Below are positions 35,320 to 44,478 of a stretch of DNA of 64,000 nt, piece after piece. A program made the translations under genes and the position numbers. This DNA is from Candidatus Aenigmatarchaeota archaeon (GTDB lineage Archaea > Aenigmatarchaeota > Aenigmatarchaeia > GW2011-AR5), in the NCBI GenBank assembly GCA_016187335.1, contig JACPJW010000001.1, positions 96,001-160,000 on the forward strand, given 5' to 3'. Within the stretch, counting starts at the first letter, position 1; every line of letters begins with the position of its first letter. The notes beneath the pieces are model-generated. The model did no database searches, had not been told where the DNA came from, and was given only the letters and a program-made list of their open reading frames with translations.

Positions 35320-36582
35320 TTACTTCTTCTTGCCCTTGCTTATCTTCAGCCTTCCTTCCAGAATCGGCTCTAAATCGCGCACAAACCTGCGGACGTATTC
35401 TCTTGTCAGCTCAATGTCGCGCTGGGGGATTTCTCCGACCTTGTCCTCGTCCAGCAGCTTCCGCATCGTGACGACCTGCCGGAAAACCTCGGAGAAGTAC
35501 GGGTCAACATGCCCCTGGTCTATCAGATAGTTTTTTACAGCGTGCGGCAGGTCCTTGGGATCCTCCGGAAGGTGCTCCATCTTCTTCAAAGCAGCAACAG
35601 CCGCCTTGATCATCACTTCATAGTTTTTCTCGACAATGTTTTCCTTCTTCTTTTTCTGCAATTGCATCAGCAGCTGCTCCATCCTTGAAACGAACTGCTT
35701 TGACTTTGTTATGAACTCGTCCACTTCGGCTCCTGATATGTCCTTTACTTCCTTGTGCTCTATGCGCTTCCTGAAGTCAATGATTTTCTCAAGGTCCTGC
35801 AAATAATTTTCCTCCAGCAGCTTCTGGTCAACAAGGTGCTCCTTGACGGCAACGGGCGTGTGCTTCGGCGACGGCGGGTTCTGCCCTAAATACATTAAAA
35901 CTGCCTGCGCGCTGTTGAGCATGGCGTAGTAGAGGTCTTCAGCGACCATGTACAATTTTGCTGTTTCCACGCGGTTTATTTTCTGCGGCGCGGCTTCCAT
36001 GAACTTTTCCACTGCCTCAAGCGTTGTGGGTATCTTTCCCAGCTCAAGCAGCTTTCTCACGGGGATGAAAAATCCCGTGTCGTAGAGAGCCCACCCGTCC
36101 CTGACTATGGTGAACAGCAAAGGATGCCCTATGCGGGCCATGTCCCAGAATTCGGTGAGCGACCACGCGGGCTGCACTGTGATGTATTCTGAAATCTTTT
36201 TGGACAAATCATACAATTCGTCGTCAAACCTGTCCTTCATCTCCGGCGTAAAGCGGGCGAACGTATCATCGTAAACAACAAGTATGTCTATGTCGCTTTT
36301 TTCATGGAAGTCGCCGCGCACCAGCGAGCCGAACAGGACAACGCTCTTGATTATGTTCTTGTAGCGCTTCAGAACCTCGTCCTTGTATTTGTTCGCGAGC
36401 GCCATCTGCTTCTTGCGCAGCTTTTCCCGCGCTTCGTCAACCTTTTTGTGGGGCTGCTGCGGAATAACCTGCTGGGGCATGAATGCTTCCGTCATGCTTT
36501 CTTGATGCTTCATCTTGTAGGCTTTTTTCGCTTCCTTTGCCGGCTTGCGCTGCTTCTTCTTTGCTTTTCTGGCCATCTTCAT
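35320..36582 (-). CDS. Minimal nucleotidyltransferase (MNT) fused to HEPN-like domains
   Basis: FGSLVRGDFHEKSDID (GSx10DxD); YYAMLNSAQAVL..G..P HEPN helix with RKRIEH (Rx4H). Confidence 0.8.
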   Translation of the reverse strand: MKMARKAKKKQRKPAKEAKKAYKMKHQESMTEAFMPQQVIPQQPHKKVDEAREKLRKKQMALANKYKDEVLKRYKNIIKSVVLFGSLVRGDFHEKSDIDILVVYDDTFARFTPEMKDRFDDELYDLSKKISEYITVQPAWSLTEFWDMARIGHPLLFTIVRDGWALYDTGFFIPVRKLLELGKIPTTLEAVEKFMEAAPQKINRVETAKLYMVAEDLYYAMLNSAQAVLMYLGQNPPSPKHTPVAVKEHLVDQKLLEENYLQDLEKIIDFRKRIEHKEVKDISGAEVDEFITKSKQFVSRMEQLLMQLQKKKKENIVEKNYEVMIKAAVAALKKMEHLPEDPKDLPHAVKNYLIDQGHVDPYFSEVFRQVVTMRKLLDEDKVGEIPQRDIELTREYVRRFVRDLEPILEGRLKISKGKKK

Positions 36583-36782
36583 CGCCTTTATAGTTCTACA
36601 AGGAAAGATTCTGGATATTATTTCCTTGTGAACTATATGTGAACCCAGTATAACATATCCTGATTATTTACTGGGTTCACTATAACAGAAATTGTTAATG
36701 TATGGATTTAAATAGAAATAGGAAGTACTTTCATTCAAAAAGTTTGCGTTGGCTTAATTTCCGTTAACGCTTTTTAAAATAC

Positions 36783-36869
36783 AAATAATATGTTTCTTTG
36801 CTCAGAAAGCGAAAGCTTTCTGGCAACTCAAGAAGCTTACGCTTCTTCGAGTTTTCCCGAGGGTTTTTC
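36783..36869. repeat. 87-bp structured direct repeat, copy 1
   Basis: Identical to 40797-40883; hairpins CAGAAAGC-GAAA-GCTTTCTG and AAGAAGC-TTAC-GCTTCTT. Confidence 0.95.
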
Positions 36870-36913
36870 GAAACAGCTTGACGCACTTTGTGCGTCGTTC
36901 GGCTCGAAAAGGC

Positions 36914-38641
36914 TCACCGGAACTTCCTCTTTTCCCATTCCTGCGCCTTGCCTTTCCTCACGGCTTCGCCGCCAAGGAAGGTGTGCTTCTCCTCCGGGAT
37001 TGCCAGAACGTCGTGGAGCGGGTCCCACGCGTGCTCCCTGATTGTAACCAGCTGCCTTGCCCATATGTCCTTGTTGTCAAAAGACATGCCGAAGAATTCC
37101 GGCGGCAACTGGTCAGGTTCGGTGTCGTTGTCAAGGAATTTGGATATCTGCCGGAGGACCCATATGCTGTGCTCAAAGACGTTGAACGCGCTCTGGTCTC
37201 CCGGGCGGCGGCCGGCGCCCCTTTCAAAAATAAGGTAGCCGTCGCTGAATCCTTTCTTGCGGAAGGCAAAAATCCACTTGTACAGAACCTCCTGCGCCTG
37301 CGAGCCTAAGGGTATTGGTATATGCGCAGGGTGGTAAGGCTTCGGCTCTCCCAGATGTAACATCTTTATCTGCTTCCCGAAATCCTCGGGCGCGTCCTTG
37401 ACGAGCTTGTCCGGGTCAATCCTCTGCGTAAGCATGTGCTCAAAGTCAATAGTCATTTTAAAGTATGGCGAGCTTATTTTTTTTATCAGGTGGTAGAACT
37501 CCAGGGGATTGAAGAACCTGTAAAGCCCTTCCTGCCCCGCGCCCGCCTCGGGATTTTCAAAAAGTATGTACAATTCCTTATCGCCGACGAAATCCTTGAC
37601 CGTCTTGCCGTCCAGGTCCTTGTTCTTCACGGCGGCAAAATGCCCCTCTATGTACTTCGCAGCGACGGCGGCATTGAACTGCAAAGGCTTGTCGTTGTAG
37701 GCTTCTTCCGGCGTTAGGTTGCCGACAATGCTTGTCCACAAAGGGTCGCCCGCCTCTTTCATTGAATGCGCCACAACCATGTAAGCGTCTATCTCGCCGC
37801 CTTCCAGGACGTACCGGGTATAAGGGGACTTTTTCCACGCTTCGTAAAAGAAATCGCGGCTCCCCCGGGTTTCCCTTTCTTGTTCGTTCTGGGCTGCGGC
37901 GCTGAATTCCTGGTTGATTTTTTCCTCTTGCTGTCTCTGGAGTTCAGGGTGCAGCCGCTGGTACTCAGGATTTCGCCTTAGCGCTTCAATCGCCTTTTTG
38001 ATCCTTTCCGCGTATTTCCGCCTTATTTCTTCCCATTTTTTCTCGGCCAGTTCCTGATACGGCTTCTCGCTCATTATGTGGCGCCCGAGGGCGTTTATTT
38101 CCATCATCCTCATAACGTATTCCTTCGCTGCTTTTGATTTATCGCAAAGCACCGGGAACGGTTCGCCCGTGGGCGTGACAACGTGGTAGGAAAACCCGAA
38201 AGGCCTTATCCTCGCTTCCTCCTGCTGCAGGATGATGGAAGCAGAATAATGGTAATTGATGTACTTGAAACCCAGCTCCGCGGAGCGCTTCACGGTCTCG
38301 ACCATCCTGCTGTGGACCTGCTCCCATGTTTTCCGCTCCGCGCTCTCGAACGCGCCCATCTGGCTTATCTCGCCGTGCAGGCCGATTTCCAGGCCCAGGT
38401 CCTTCTGCATGCGCTTCATGTTTTCCTTGAGCCGCGGCTCTAAGAATTCAGAAATTGTTTCCAGGTCAAGCTGCGTGAACCTTATGCCGCCCGTCGCGCC
38501 CAGGCCGCCGGCTTTCTGCGCAAGCCCCAGCAGCGAAGGGTCTTTTCCTATGTTCCAGAAGCCCGTTGAAATCCCGACTTTGTATGCCATTGTTTTATCT
38601 CCTTCACTCATCAATGCGGAAGTGATTTCCTTCTGTTGCAA
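36914..38641 (-). CDS. Endonuclease IV/xylose isomerase-like TIM barrel protein with a large helical insertion (start may be ATG 38590)
   Basis: GLHG, INYH, LFEN, TIDFEH, MLHL, HPAHIP, IFERG occur in the order of the AP-endonuclease-2 metal ligands. Confidence 0.7.
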   Translation of the reverse strand: MQQKEITSALMSEGDKTMAYKVGISTGFWNIGKDPSLLGLAQKAGGLGATGGIRFTQLDLETISEFLEPRLKENMKRMQKDLGLEIGLHGEISQMGAFESAERKTWEQVHSRMVETVKRSAELGFKYINYHYSASIILQQEEARIRPFGFSYHVVTPTGEPFPVLCDKSKAAKEYVMRMMEINALGRHIMSEKPYQELAEKKWEEIRRKYAERIKKAIEALRRNPEYQRLHPELQRQQEEKINQEFSAAAQNEQERETRGSRDFFYEAWKKSPYTRYVLEGGEIDAYMVVAHSMKEAGDPLWTSIVGNLTPEEAYNDKPLQFNAAVAAKYIEGHFAAVKNKDLDGKTVKDFVGDKELYILFENPEAGAGQEGLYRFFNPLEFYHLIKKISSPYFKMTIDFEHMLTQRIDPDKLVKDAPEDFGKQIKMLHLGEPKPYHPAHIPIPLGSQAQEVLYKWIFAFRKKGFSDGYLIFERGAGRRPGDQSAFNVFEHSIWVLRQISKFLDNDTEPDQLPPEFFGMSFDNKDIWARQLVTIREHAWDPLHDVLAIPEEKHTFLGGEAVRKGKAQEWEKRKFR

Positions 38642-38675
38642 AGTTCAGGAACCCTCCGGTTCCTTCCGTCTTGCT

Positions 38676-40349
38676 TTACTGCCCGTAGCCGCTCTTCTGC
38701 TTGATGAAGTTGGTGATCGTGGCGTAACGCGCGTACGCCGCGGAGCGCACATGGCCCTTTGATATCCTTTCAAAAAAGTCATGCTCGTACGGGCCTTTCT
38801 TGGCGAACATGAACTCAAAGCCGAAGTAGTCAAAGAATTTCTTCGCCGGCTGCAGCCAGTCCCTTTCATCCTTGGGTTTTTGCCCTTTCGGCGTGCATAT
38901 GGGGCATCCGGGGTCCCTCACGCCGATCAGGTTGTCAATATAGTGGTTCATCTCCACCTGCTTCGCCTTCATCTCGAGGAGCTTTGCAAAGAGCGCGTTC
39001 TCGCTCATGTAGATGTAGTTGACATCAAAAGTGCCGTCCTCCATCTCCGAGCCCGTCGGCATCCTGATGTTCAGCTTTTCCAGGGTTATTATAAAGAAGC
39101 TGTAATACATCTTGACAGGGTCTATCCACGGCCTTATGCCGGCTCCCTGGCTCTCGCGGGTCGTCATGAATTTTTCCTGTTCCTTCACCCATTCGTCGGT
39201 TATCCACGGGAAGTCAGCCACGAGGCCGTGATCTTTGTGAAATATGAGGTTTTTCTTGGTCCAGCTGTCATAAGGCCTGACAGCACCTTCAGCCCTTTCC
39301 TGCCCGAGAAGCTCTGTCCCGCCCTTGTAAAGCTCCGGAGGGGTTGCGCCGAACTCCCTCCATGTCCACAGCTCTATCTGGTTGAAAGAAGTGGCATGCC
39401 CTGCCGGCATCGCAAAGAGCGAGCTTAGCGTGCTCCTTGCTCCGGGCCCAATACCCAGCCCTTCCTGAAGTATCTGGTGCCTTGCAACGTAAGGCTTCAG
39501 CCACTCCCTGTACTGGTCAACGGACGATTCCCTGCTCCGCACGAGCTCCCTTATTCTCCTGAACCTGTCCTGGATTTCTCCTCCGAAAAGCTTTTTCCAT
39601 TCCATGTAGAGCTTGTTCTTTGTCACTAAGACAACGGCTTCAGCCTTTGACACGTCCATCTTTTCTTTTACCTTGTCCGGGTCCGTGTCGCTGTCGTTCA
39701 GCTTCATGAAGTCAACAATCAGCGTCGGCCACCTGCTCACTATGGTCCTTATCGCTATGCCCTCGCCCGTGTGCACGTCCACCTGGTCTATGAAAACGCT
39801 CCTGAGCGCATGCTCGTCCTTTTCCTTCTTTTCCTTGAAGCCGTTTGCTGATTCGTCGTATTCATAGCCGAAGTAGTCCAGGAATTCCCTGTACTTGCGC
39901 TCGTCGTGCTTCAGCAGCTCCAGATCCGCTACGGACTGCGCGGCCGAGGCAAGTCCTGCCTTTATCTGCTGCTCCACCTCCTGCTTCTGCTTTACCGTGA
40001 GCTGGTAGTATTGCTGGTGGACCGGCGAGACTTCTATCCATTCGTCTGCCTTCTGCACGAAGAACTCCCATTTTCTCAGCTGGAAAACCAGCGAGAAATA
40101 AATGCCTGATATGAACCCGGGAGGCCCCGTAGGATTGATTCTCGTGTGCCCTTCATAAGGCAGAGCAAAGACCAGGTTGCCTATGTTTTTGTGTGCCCAG
40201 TCGTCAAGGGGCATCCCCTCGACAACCGCCGGTACCTGGTTCGTGTAAGTCCTCGCGAGATTTGATAAAGCGAATCTTCCCATATTCCACATTATAGCTT
40301 TGTTCAATATAATAAGTTTTTCGCTGGCGGCGAAGATAATTATCAGCAT
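38676..40349 (-). CDS. Hypothetical protein, partly coiled-coil (start likely ATG 40283 or 40292)
   Basis: Long ORF with host-like codon usage; no family recognised. Confidence 0.8.
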   Translation of the reverse strand: MLIIIFAASEKLIILNKAIMWNMGRFALSNLARTYTNQVPAVVEGMPLDDWAHKNIGNLVFALPYEGHTRINPTGPPGFISGIYFSLVFQLRKWEFFVQKADEWIEVSPVHQQYYQLTVKQKQEVEQQIKAGLASAAQSVADLELLKHDERKYREFLDYFGYEYDESANGFKEKKEKDEHALRSVFIDQVDVHTGEGIAIRTIVSRWPTLIVDFMKLNDSDTDPDKVKEKMDVSKAEAVVLVTKNKLYMEWKKLFGGEIQDRFRRIRELVRSRESSVDQYREWLKPYVARHQILQEGLGIGPGARSTLSSLFAMPAGHATSFNQIELWTWREFGATPPELYKGGTELLGQERAEGAVRPYDSWTKKNLIFHKDHGLVADFPWITDEWVKEQEKFMTTRESQGAGIRPWIDPVKMYYSFFIITLEKLNIRMPTGSEMEDGTFDVNYIYMSENALFAKLLEMKAKQVEMNHYIDNLIGVRDPGCPICTPKGQKPKDERDWLQPAKKFFDYFGFEFMFAKKGPYEHDFFERISKGHVRSAAYARYATITNFIKQKSGYGQ

Positions 40350-40405
40350 AAACGGGCATCCGAATGATTTTGTTTATGCGAGAAACAAGAATATTCTTTC
40401 CGTTT

Positions 40406-40744
40406 TCAAAAAAGCAGCAGATATATTCCTATTATCAGGAAAATCAGGCCGAAAAATACGCCGGTCTTGGACATCGCAGCCCGCTGGTAATCCGGCGCGA
40501 CGTCCGGGAACCCTACCACGAGGAAAATTCCCAGCGCCCCCAGAAGCAGCCCGGCTATTTTCCGGATGATGAATTCCCATGTTATCTTTGAGATGATAAT
40601 CCATCCGCCCGCAAAAATAAACACGGCGCCTATGAAAAGTATGAACAGCAGCTTCGGGTCGTCGGCGCCGCTGTCAACGGAAAATATTATCGCAAACACG
40701 CCGAAGGATATGAGAACGGCTGCGGCTATGATGTCAAGGACCAT
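40406..40744 (-). CDS. Small four-TM membrane protein
   Basis: Four hydrophobic segments; co-oriented with the 557-aa gene. Confidence 0.7.
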   Translation of the reverse strand: MVLDIIAAAVLISFGVFAIIFSVDSGADDPKLLFILFIGAVFIFAGGWIIISKITWEFIIRKIAGLLLGALGIFLVVGFPDVAPDYQRAAMSKTGVFFGLIFLIIGIYLLLF

Positions 40745-40796
40745 CTGCTATCACTCTTCTTTATTTGTCGTCCCGTTCTATAAAGGTTTCTGGAAT

Positions 40797-40883
40797 AAAT
40801 AATATGTTTCTTTGCTCAGAAAGCGAAAGCTTTCTGGCAACTCAAGAAGCTTACGCTTCTTCGAGTTTTCCCGAGGGTTTTTC
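40797..40883. repeat. 87-bp structured direct repeat, copy 2
   Basis: Identical to 36783-36869. Confidence 0.95.
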
Positions 40884-40940
40884 TTTGCAAAAGAAAAAGG
40901 CTCTTTTATAAACCCTGAACAATAATAATTAGGTTTTGCT

Positions 40941-41480
40941 ATGGTATGGGCGCGGACAAAGCTGATGATATGGGACTACATATTCGAGCCCGTTGTGGAC
41001 GTGAGAATAAGCTACACCGGGAAAACGCCCGAGAAGTTCTACAAGAAAATCAACGAGTACATACGCACGATTTTCAACATCCCCGACGCCTACGTGCAGG
41101 AAAAGAACTACCTGTGGGAAAAGAACAAGGACGGCGAGAAATTCGAGGTCGCGTGGGAAATCACGAAAATCCTTGACGTCTTCAGCTACATCGTCGTTGA
41201 AATAGATTTAAGGGGGTTCTCAGCCGCCGGCGAGGGCAAGGCCACGGTAAGGCTGAAGCCGAGGCTGATAACGGAATATCCGCAGGACACGATATTCCAG
41301 CAGAACCTTCTTTACGAAATACTGAGAAGGACGTGGCACAGGCTTTTTTACCACAGGAAAAGGATGGAGTACCTGAATTTAGGGAAGGAGCTCGTGACGA
41401 CGTTTGAGAGCAGCGTAAAGCGCTTCGGCGAAACCATGAACGGCGAGCCGGAAAGCAGGGAAGAGGCAAGCCAGGGATAA
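40941..41480 (+). CDS. Hypothetical protein, paralog A
   Basis: Shares E..Y/I.W, G.G.A.V, I.T.YP...F.Q and aromatic ..FY...R..YL pattern with 41533-42033. Confidence 0.8.
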   Translation: MVWARTKLMIWDYIFEPVVDVRISYTGKTPEKFYKKINEYIRTIFNIPDAYVQEKNYLWEKNKDGEKFEVAWEITKILDVFSYIVVEIDLRGFSAAGEGKATVRLKPRLITEYPQDTIFQQNLLYEILRRTWHRLFYHRKRMEYLNLGKELVTTFESSVKRFGETMNGEPESREEASQG

Positions 41481-41532
41481 AATTTTCTTTCCGCCCTGAT
41501 TTGCCGGAAAGGATTGAAGATTTTGTTGAGCG

Positions 41533-42033
41533 ATGGTTATGGCAGAAGTTGTATGGCTTGACGATGTTCACGCCCCCGCTGAATGGGTCATAAGGCTAAG
41601 GGGCAAGAGGCCGTACCAGCTCGCGGAGATGGCACCGGACATCCTCAGAAGGGTAATGAAGGTCCAGACAAAGAACATTTTTGAGCTGGACATAAGATGG
41701 GACCTCACAGGGGACCCGAGGACGTTCTACGGCTACTGGGAAGGCCACAGGACCGAGGACCAGTGGACGAGAACGACGCTGAAAATAACAATACAGGGCG
41801 AGCAGTCAGCCGCCGACGGGACGGGAACGGCGCACGTGAGGGTCAGGGGCGTCATTGCAACAAGATATCCCTACCACAATTTCATACAGCGCACTTTCTG
41901 GTGGTTCTACAACCGCTTCTTTTACTATCAGCAGAGAAGAAATTACCTTTTCAAGACAAAGGACGAGATTTTACAGATGAGGGAAATAATGCTCCGCACC
42001 TTCGGCGTCAACGAGGAGGAAGTTTCACGTTAA
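41533..42033 (+). CDS. Hypothetical protein, paralog B
   Basis: Same motif pattern as paralog A. Confidence 0.8.
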   Translation: MVMAEVVWLDDVHAPAEWVIRLRGKRPYQLAEMAPDILRRVMKVQTKNIFELDIRWDLTGDPRTFYGYWEGHRTEDQWTRTTLKITIQGEQSAADGTGTAHVRVRGVIATRYPYHNFIQRTFWWFYNRFFYYQQRRNYLFKTKDEILQMREIMLRTFGVNEEEVSR

Positions 42034-42227
42034 ACTTTGCCAAAGCGGAAGCATAAGGCAAGTATAGCAAAAGCAAAATCGGAAAGGAATGTCAGAGTTA
42101 ACAAAAACCCTGGCGATTCTTTCCATCTGCGGAAGTTCTAAAACTTTTATTAATAGTGGAAATGAAATAATTACCATGCTGGAAGGGAAATGTTAAGATA
42201 TAGTTTTCTAAAAACCTGCTGAGAATC

Positions 42228-42632
42228 TTGACTTTCTTTTCCACCTTGATAAAAGGGGCAGATTATATGGGCATATTTTCGGCAATAAAGAAAAGGCTTG
42301 GGCGCGGCAGCGACGATTACGGGGACATAAAGAGCCACGTCCTTGACGAGCCGTTCCCTCCTCCGCCGGCGCCTGCGCAGCAATACGACGAAAGGTTCGG
42401 CCCGCCGCTCCAGCAGGAAGAATTCCCCCGCGAGACTGGTTTTCCCGAGATGGAAAAACCGCTGACGCTGGAACGTGAACTGGAACCGCCTTCGCGAGAT
42501 TTCGGCAAAGAATACGACATTGCTGACAAATTAAACCTGATAGAGGCGCAGCTTTCGGCAATCCGCTCGCAGACGGAAACGATAAACGAGCGGCTGAAGA
42601 ACATGGAAGCGCGGTTGGCGAGGAGATATTAA
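42228..42632 (+). CDS. Hypothetical protein: amphipathic N-terminus, Pro/Glu-rich linker, C-terminal coiled coil
   Basis: MGIFSAIKKRLG...PPPPAP...LNLIEAQLSAIRSQTETINERLKNME. Confidence 0.75.
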   Translation: MTFFSTLIKGADYMGIFSAIKKRLGRGSDDYGDIKSHVLDEPFPPPPAPAQQYDERFGPPLQQEEFPRETGFPEMEKPLTLERELEPPSRDFGKEYDIADKLNLIEAQLSAIRSQTETINERLKNMEARLARRY

Positions 42633-42990
42633 TCAAACGGCTTCTTGATAAGTTCTTCAAAGCCCAGTTGCTCTTCCGGAATTCCTTGAGATATGCCGTA
42701 TTTTCTTGCTTGTTCCAGATTTTCATCGCCTTTCGAAAACTGGAATGACTTGTTCCGGAATATGACAACGATTTCCTTGTTCCTGCATATGTGAATATAC
42801 CATCTTTTCTTCAGGGAATTCTTTGCTTTTCTTACGAACTCATTTTTTCTGCTGACATCGACCACGATGTTGTGGAATGGCATTTTAGCTTTTCTCCTTC
42901 CAGTGTTTTCTTTTTTGTCCCCATGATTTTTACAATACCCAGCAAATCTTTATTTCTCAGGCTTTCCTCGATCATCACTCCTTTCCACAT
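42629..42990 (-). pseudogene. Frameshifted small hypothetical gene
   Basis: ATG at 42990 gives MWKGVMIEESLRNKDLLGIVKIMGTKKKTLEGEK, which continues in another frame as ...FHNIVVDV...WYIHI...GIPEEQLGF; 107-nt offset between the two starts. Confidence 0.55.
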
Positions 42991-42994
42991 TTTC

Positions 42995-43450
42995 TCACTC
43001 CATCACAACCTCGTACCGCCTGTTAAAAATCTTCTCCAGCAGCCGCGATGCTTCTTCAGCATTGATACGCTTTTTGTGTATCCGGATTTTTCTTATTTCG
43101 CCGGGATAAGCAACATTGACGCCGATGACATGCACGCCCAGGATTTTCTCAATCATTGTGCGCTCTTCTGATTTTTCAACGACGCGCACGTTCTTGCCCA
43201 GGGCGGATGACAGTTTTTTCACGTTCTTTCCGGAAGTCCCTATGAATTTCGGGACGTCGGCAGCCGAGGCGATGACAAAGATGTCTTTCTCCGTATCAAT
43301 GACGTGGCTGAACTTCGCTCCTATTCCGAGCTTGTGGACGGCGCGCGCTGCGCTGATTTCTGTTCCAGTTATTTCCCTAGCCTTCAGCCTGTTGCCGCAT
43401 CCTTTGCAAAGAATGTCGCTCTGCAGGCATACATTGCATATGACTTGCAT
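42995..43450 (-). CDS. Archaeal NusA-like KH-domain protein with a Cys-rich N-terminus
   Basis: ICNVCLQSDILCKGC and KH loop FIGTSGKNVKKL..LGKNVRVVE. Confidence 0.8.
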   Translation of the reverse strand: MQVICNVCLQSDILCKGCGNRLKAREITGTEISAARAVHKLGIGAKFSHVIDTEKDIFVIASAADVPKFIGTSGKNVKKLSSALGKNVRVVEKSEERTMIEKILGVHVIGVNVAYPGEIRKIRIHKKRINAEEASRLLEKIFNRRYEVVME

Positions 43451-43503
43451 AACGATTATTGAAGCATGTTATCATTTAAAAATTCTCCTGTGCCCATAAT
43501 CCT

Positions 43504-44394
43504 ATGGTTGACCTGGTAGTTTTAGGCTCCGTCGGATACGACAGCATAAAGACGCCTTTTGGCTCAGCGGATAACGTTTTAGGCGGCGCTGCAACTTACG
43601 CATCAATTGCTGCTTCCTTTTTTGCTAAGCCGGGCGTGGTCGCCGTTGTCGGCGAGGATTTCAGCGGCATGGATAAGTTCCTTTCAAGGAATATCTCAAC
43701 AGACGGAATAAAAATCGTGAAAGGCATGACATTCCGCTGGTCGGGATATTACGAATACGACATGAACGAGGCCCGCACCGTTGAGACGCAGATGAATGTT
43801 TTTGAAGGATTCAGCCCTGCTCTTCCGGAAAGTTATAAAAAAGCGAAAAGCGTCTTTCTCGGCAACATAGACCCTGGGCTGCAGCTTTCCGTGCTTAAGC
43901 AGATGAGGCCGGAGCTTGTCGTTGCTGACACGATGAACTACTGGATAGAAAACAGGCGTGATGCGCTTTTTGACGTCATTAAAAAAAGCACTATATTCCT
44001 TCTCAACGACGGCGAGGCGAGGCAGCTTTTCAGCACGACCAGCCTTGCAGCAGCAGGGAAAAAAATCCTCTCTCTAGGTGCAAAAGCGGCTGTAATAAAG
44101 AAAGGCGAGCACGGCGTCCTTTTGTTCACGGACAGCAGCGTATTCATGCTTCCGGGTTATCCTTTGGAAAACGTTGTTGACCCGACTGGAGCCGGCGACA
44201 GCTTCGGCGGCGCGCTTTCCGGCTGCCTGTTAAAGAACGGATTGAGTGAGCAGTCCCTTAGAAAAGCAGTTGTTTACGGCTCGGCTGTAGCATCGTTCAG
44301 CGTGGAAGATTTCGGCACGAGCAATCTGGAAAGAATAACGATGAGCGACATAGAAAGGCGCTACAGGGAATTTGAAGCCATGATAAGGTTTTAG
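43504..44394 (+). CDS. PfkB-family carbohydrate/nucleoside kinase
   Basis: GGAATY, LNDGEA, DPTGAGDSFGG. Confidence 0.92.
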   Translation: MVDLVVLGSVGYDSIKTPFGSADNVLGGAATYASIAASFFAKPGVVAVVGEDFSGMDKFLSRNISTDGIKIVKGMTFRWSGYYEYDMNEARTVETQMNVFEGFSPALPESYKKAKSVFLGNIDPGLQLSVLKQMRPELVVADTMNYWIENRRDALFDVIKKSTIFLLNDGEARQLFSTTSLAAAGKKILSLGAKAAVIKKGEHGVLLFTDSSVFMLPGYPLENVVDPTGAGDSFGGALSGCLLKNGLSEQSLRKAVVYGSAVASFSVEDFGTSNLERITMSDIERRYREFEAMIRF

Positions 44395-44478
44395 CAACAA
44401 AATAATTTCCATAATTTCCCGCTTTTCTGAATCCCTTTAAGTTTGTTTTGTTTATAGTTACCCTAACAGGTTTTGGAT

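Noticed and set aside
42030-42176. Possible small membrane ORF on the minus strand
   Set aside because: It needs a frameshift to give a coherent peptide and has no recognisable homology or SD.
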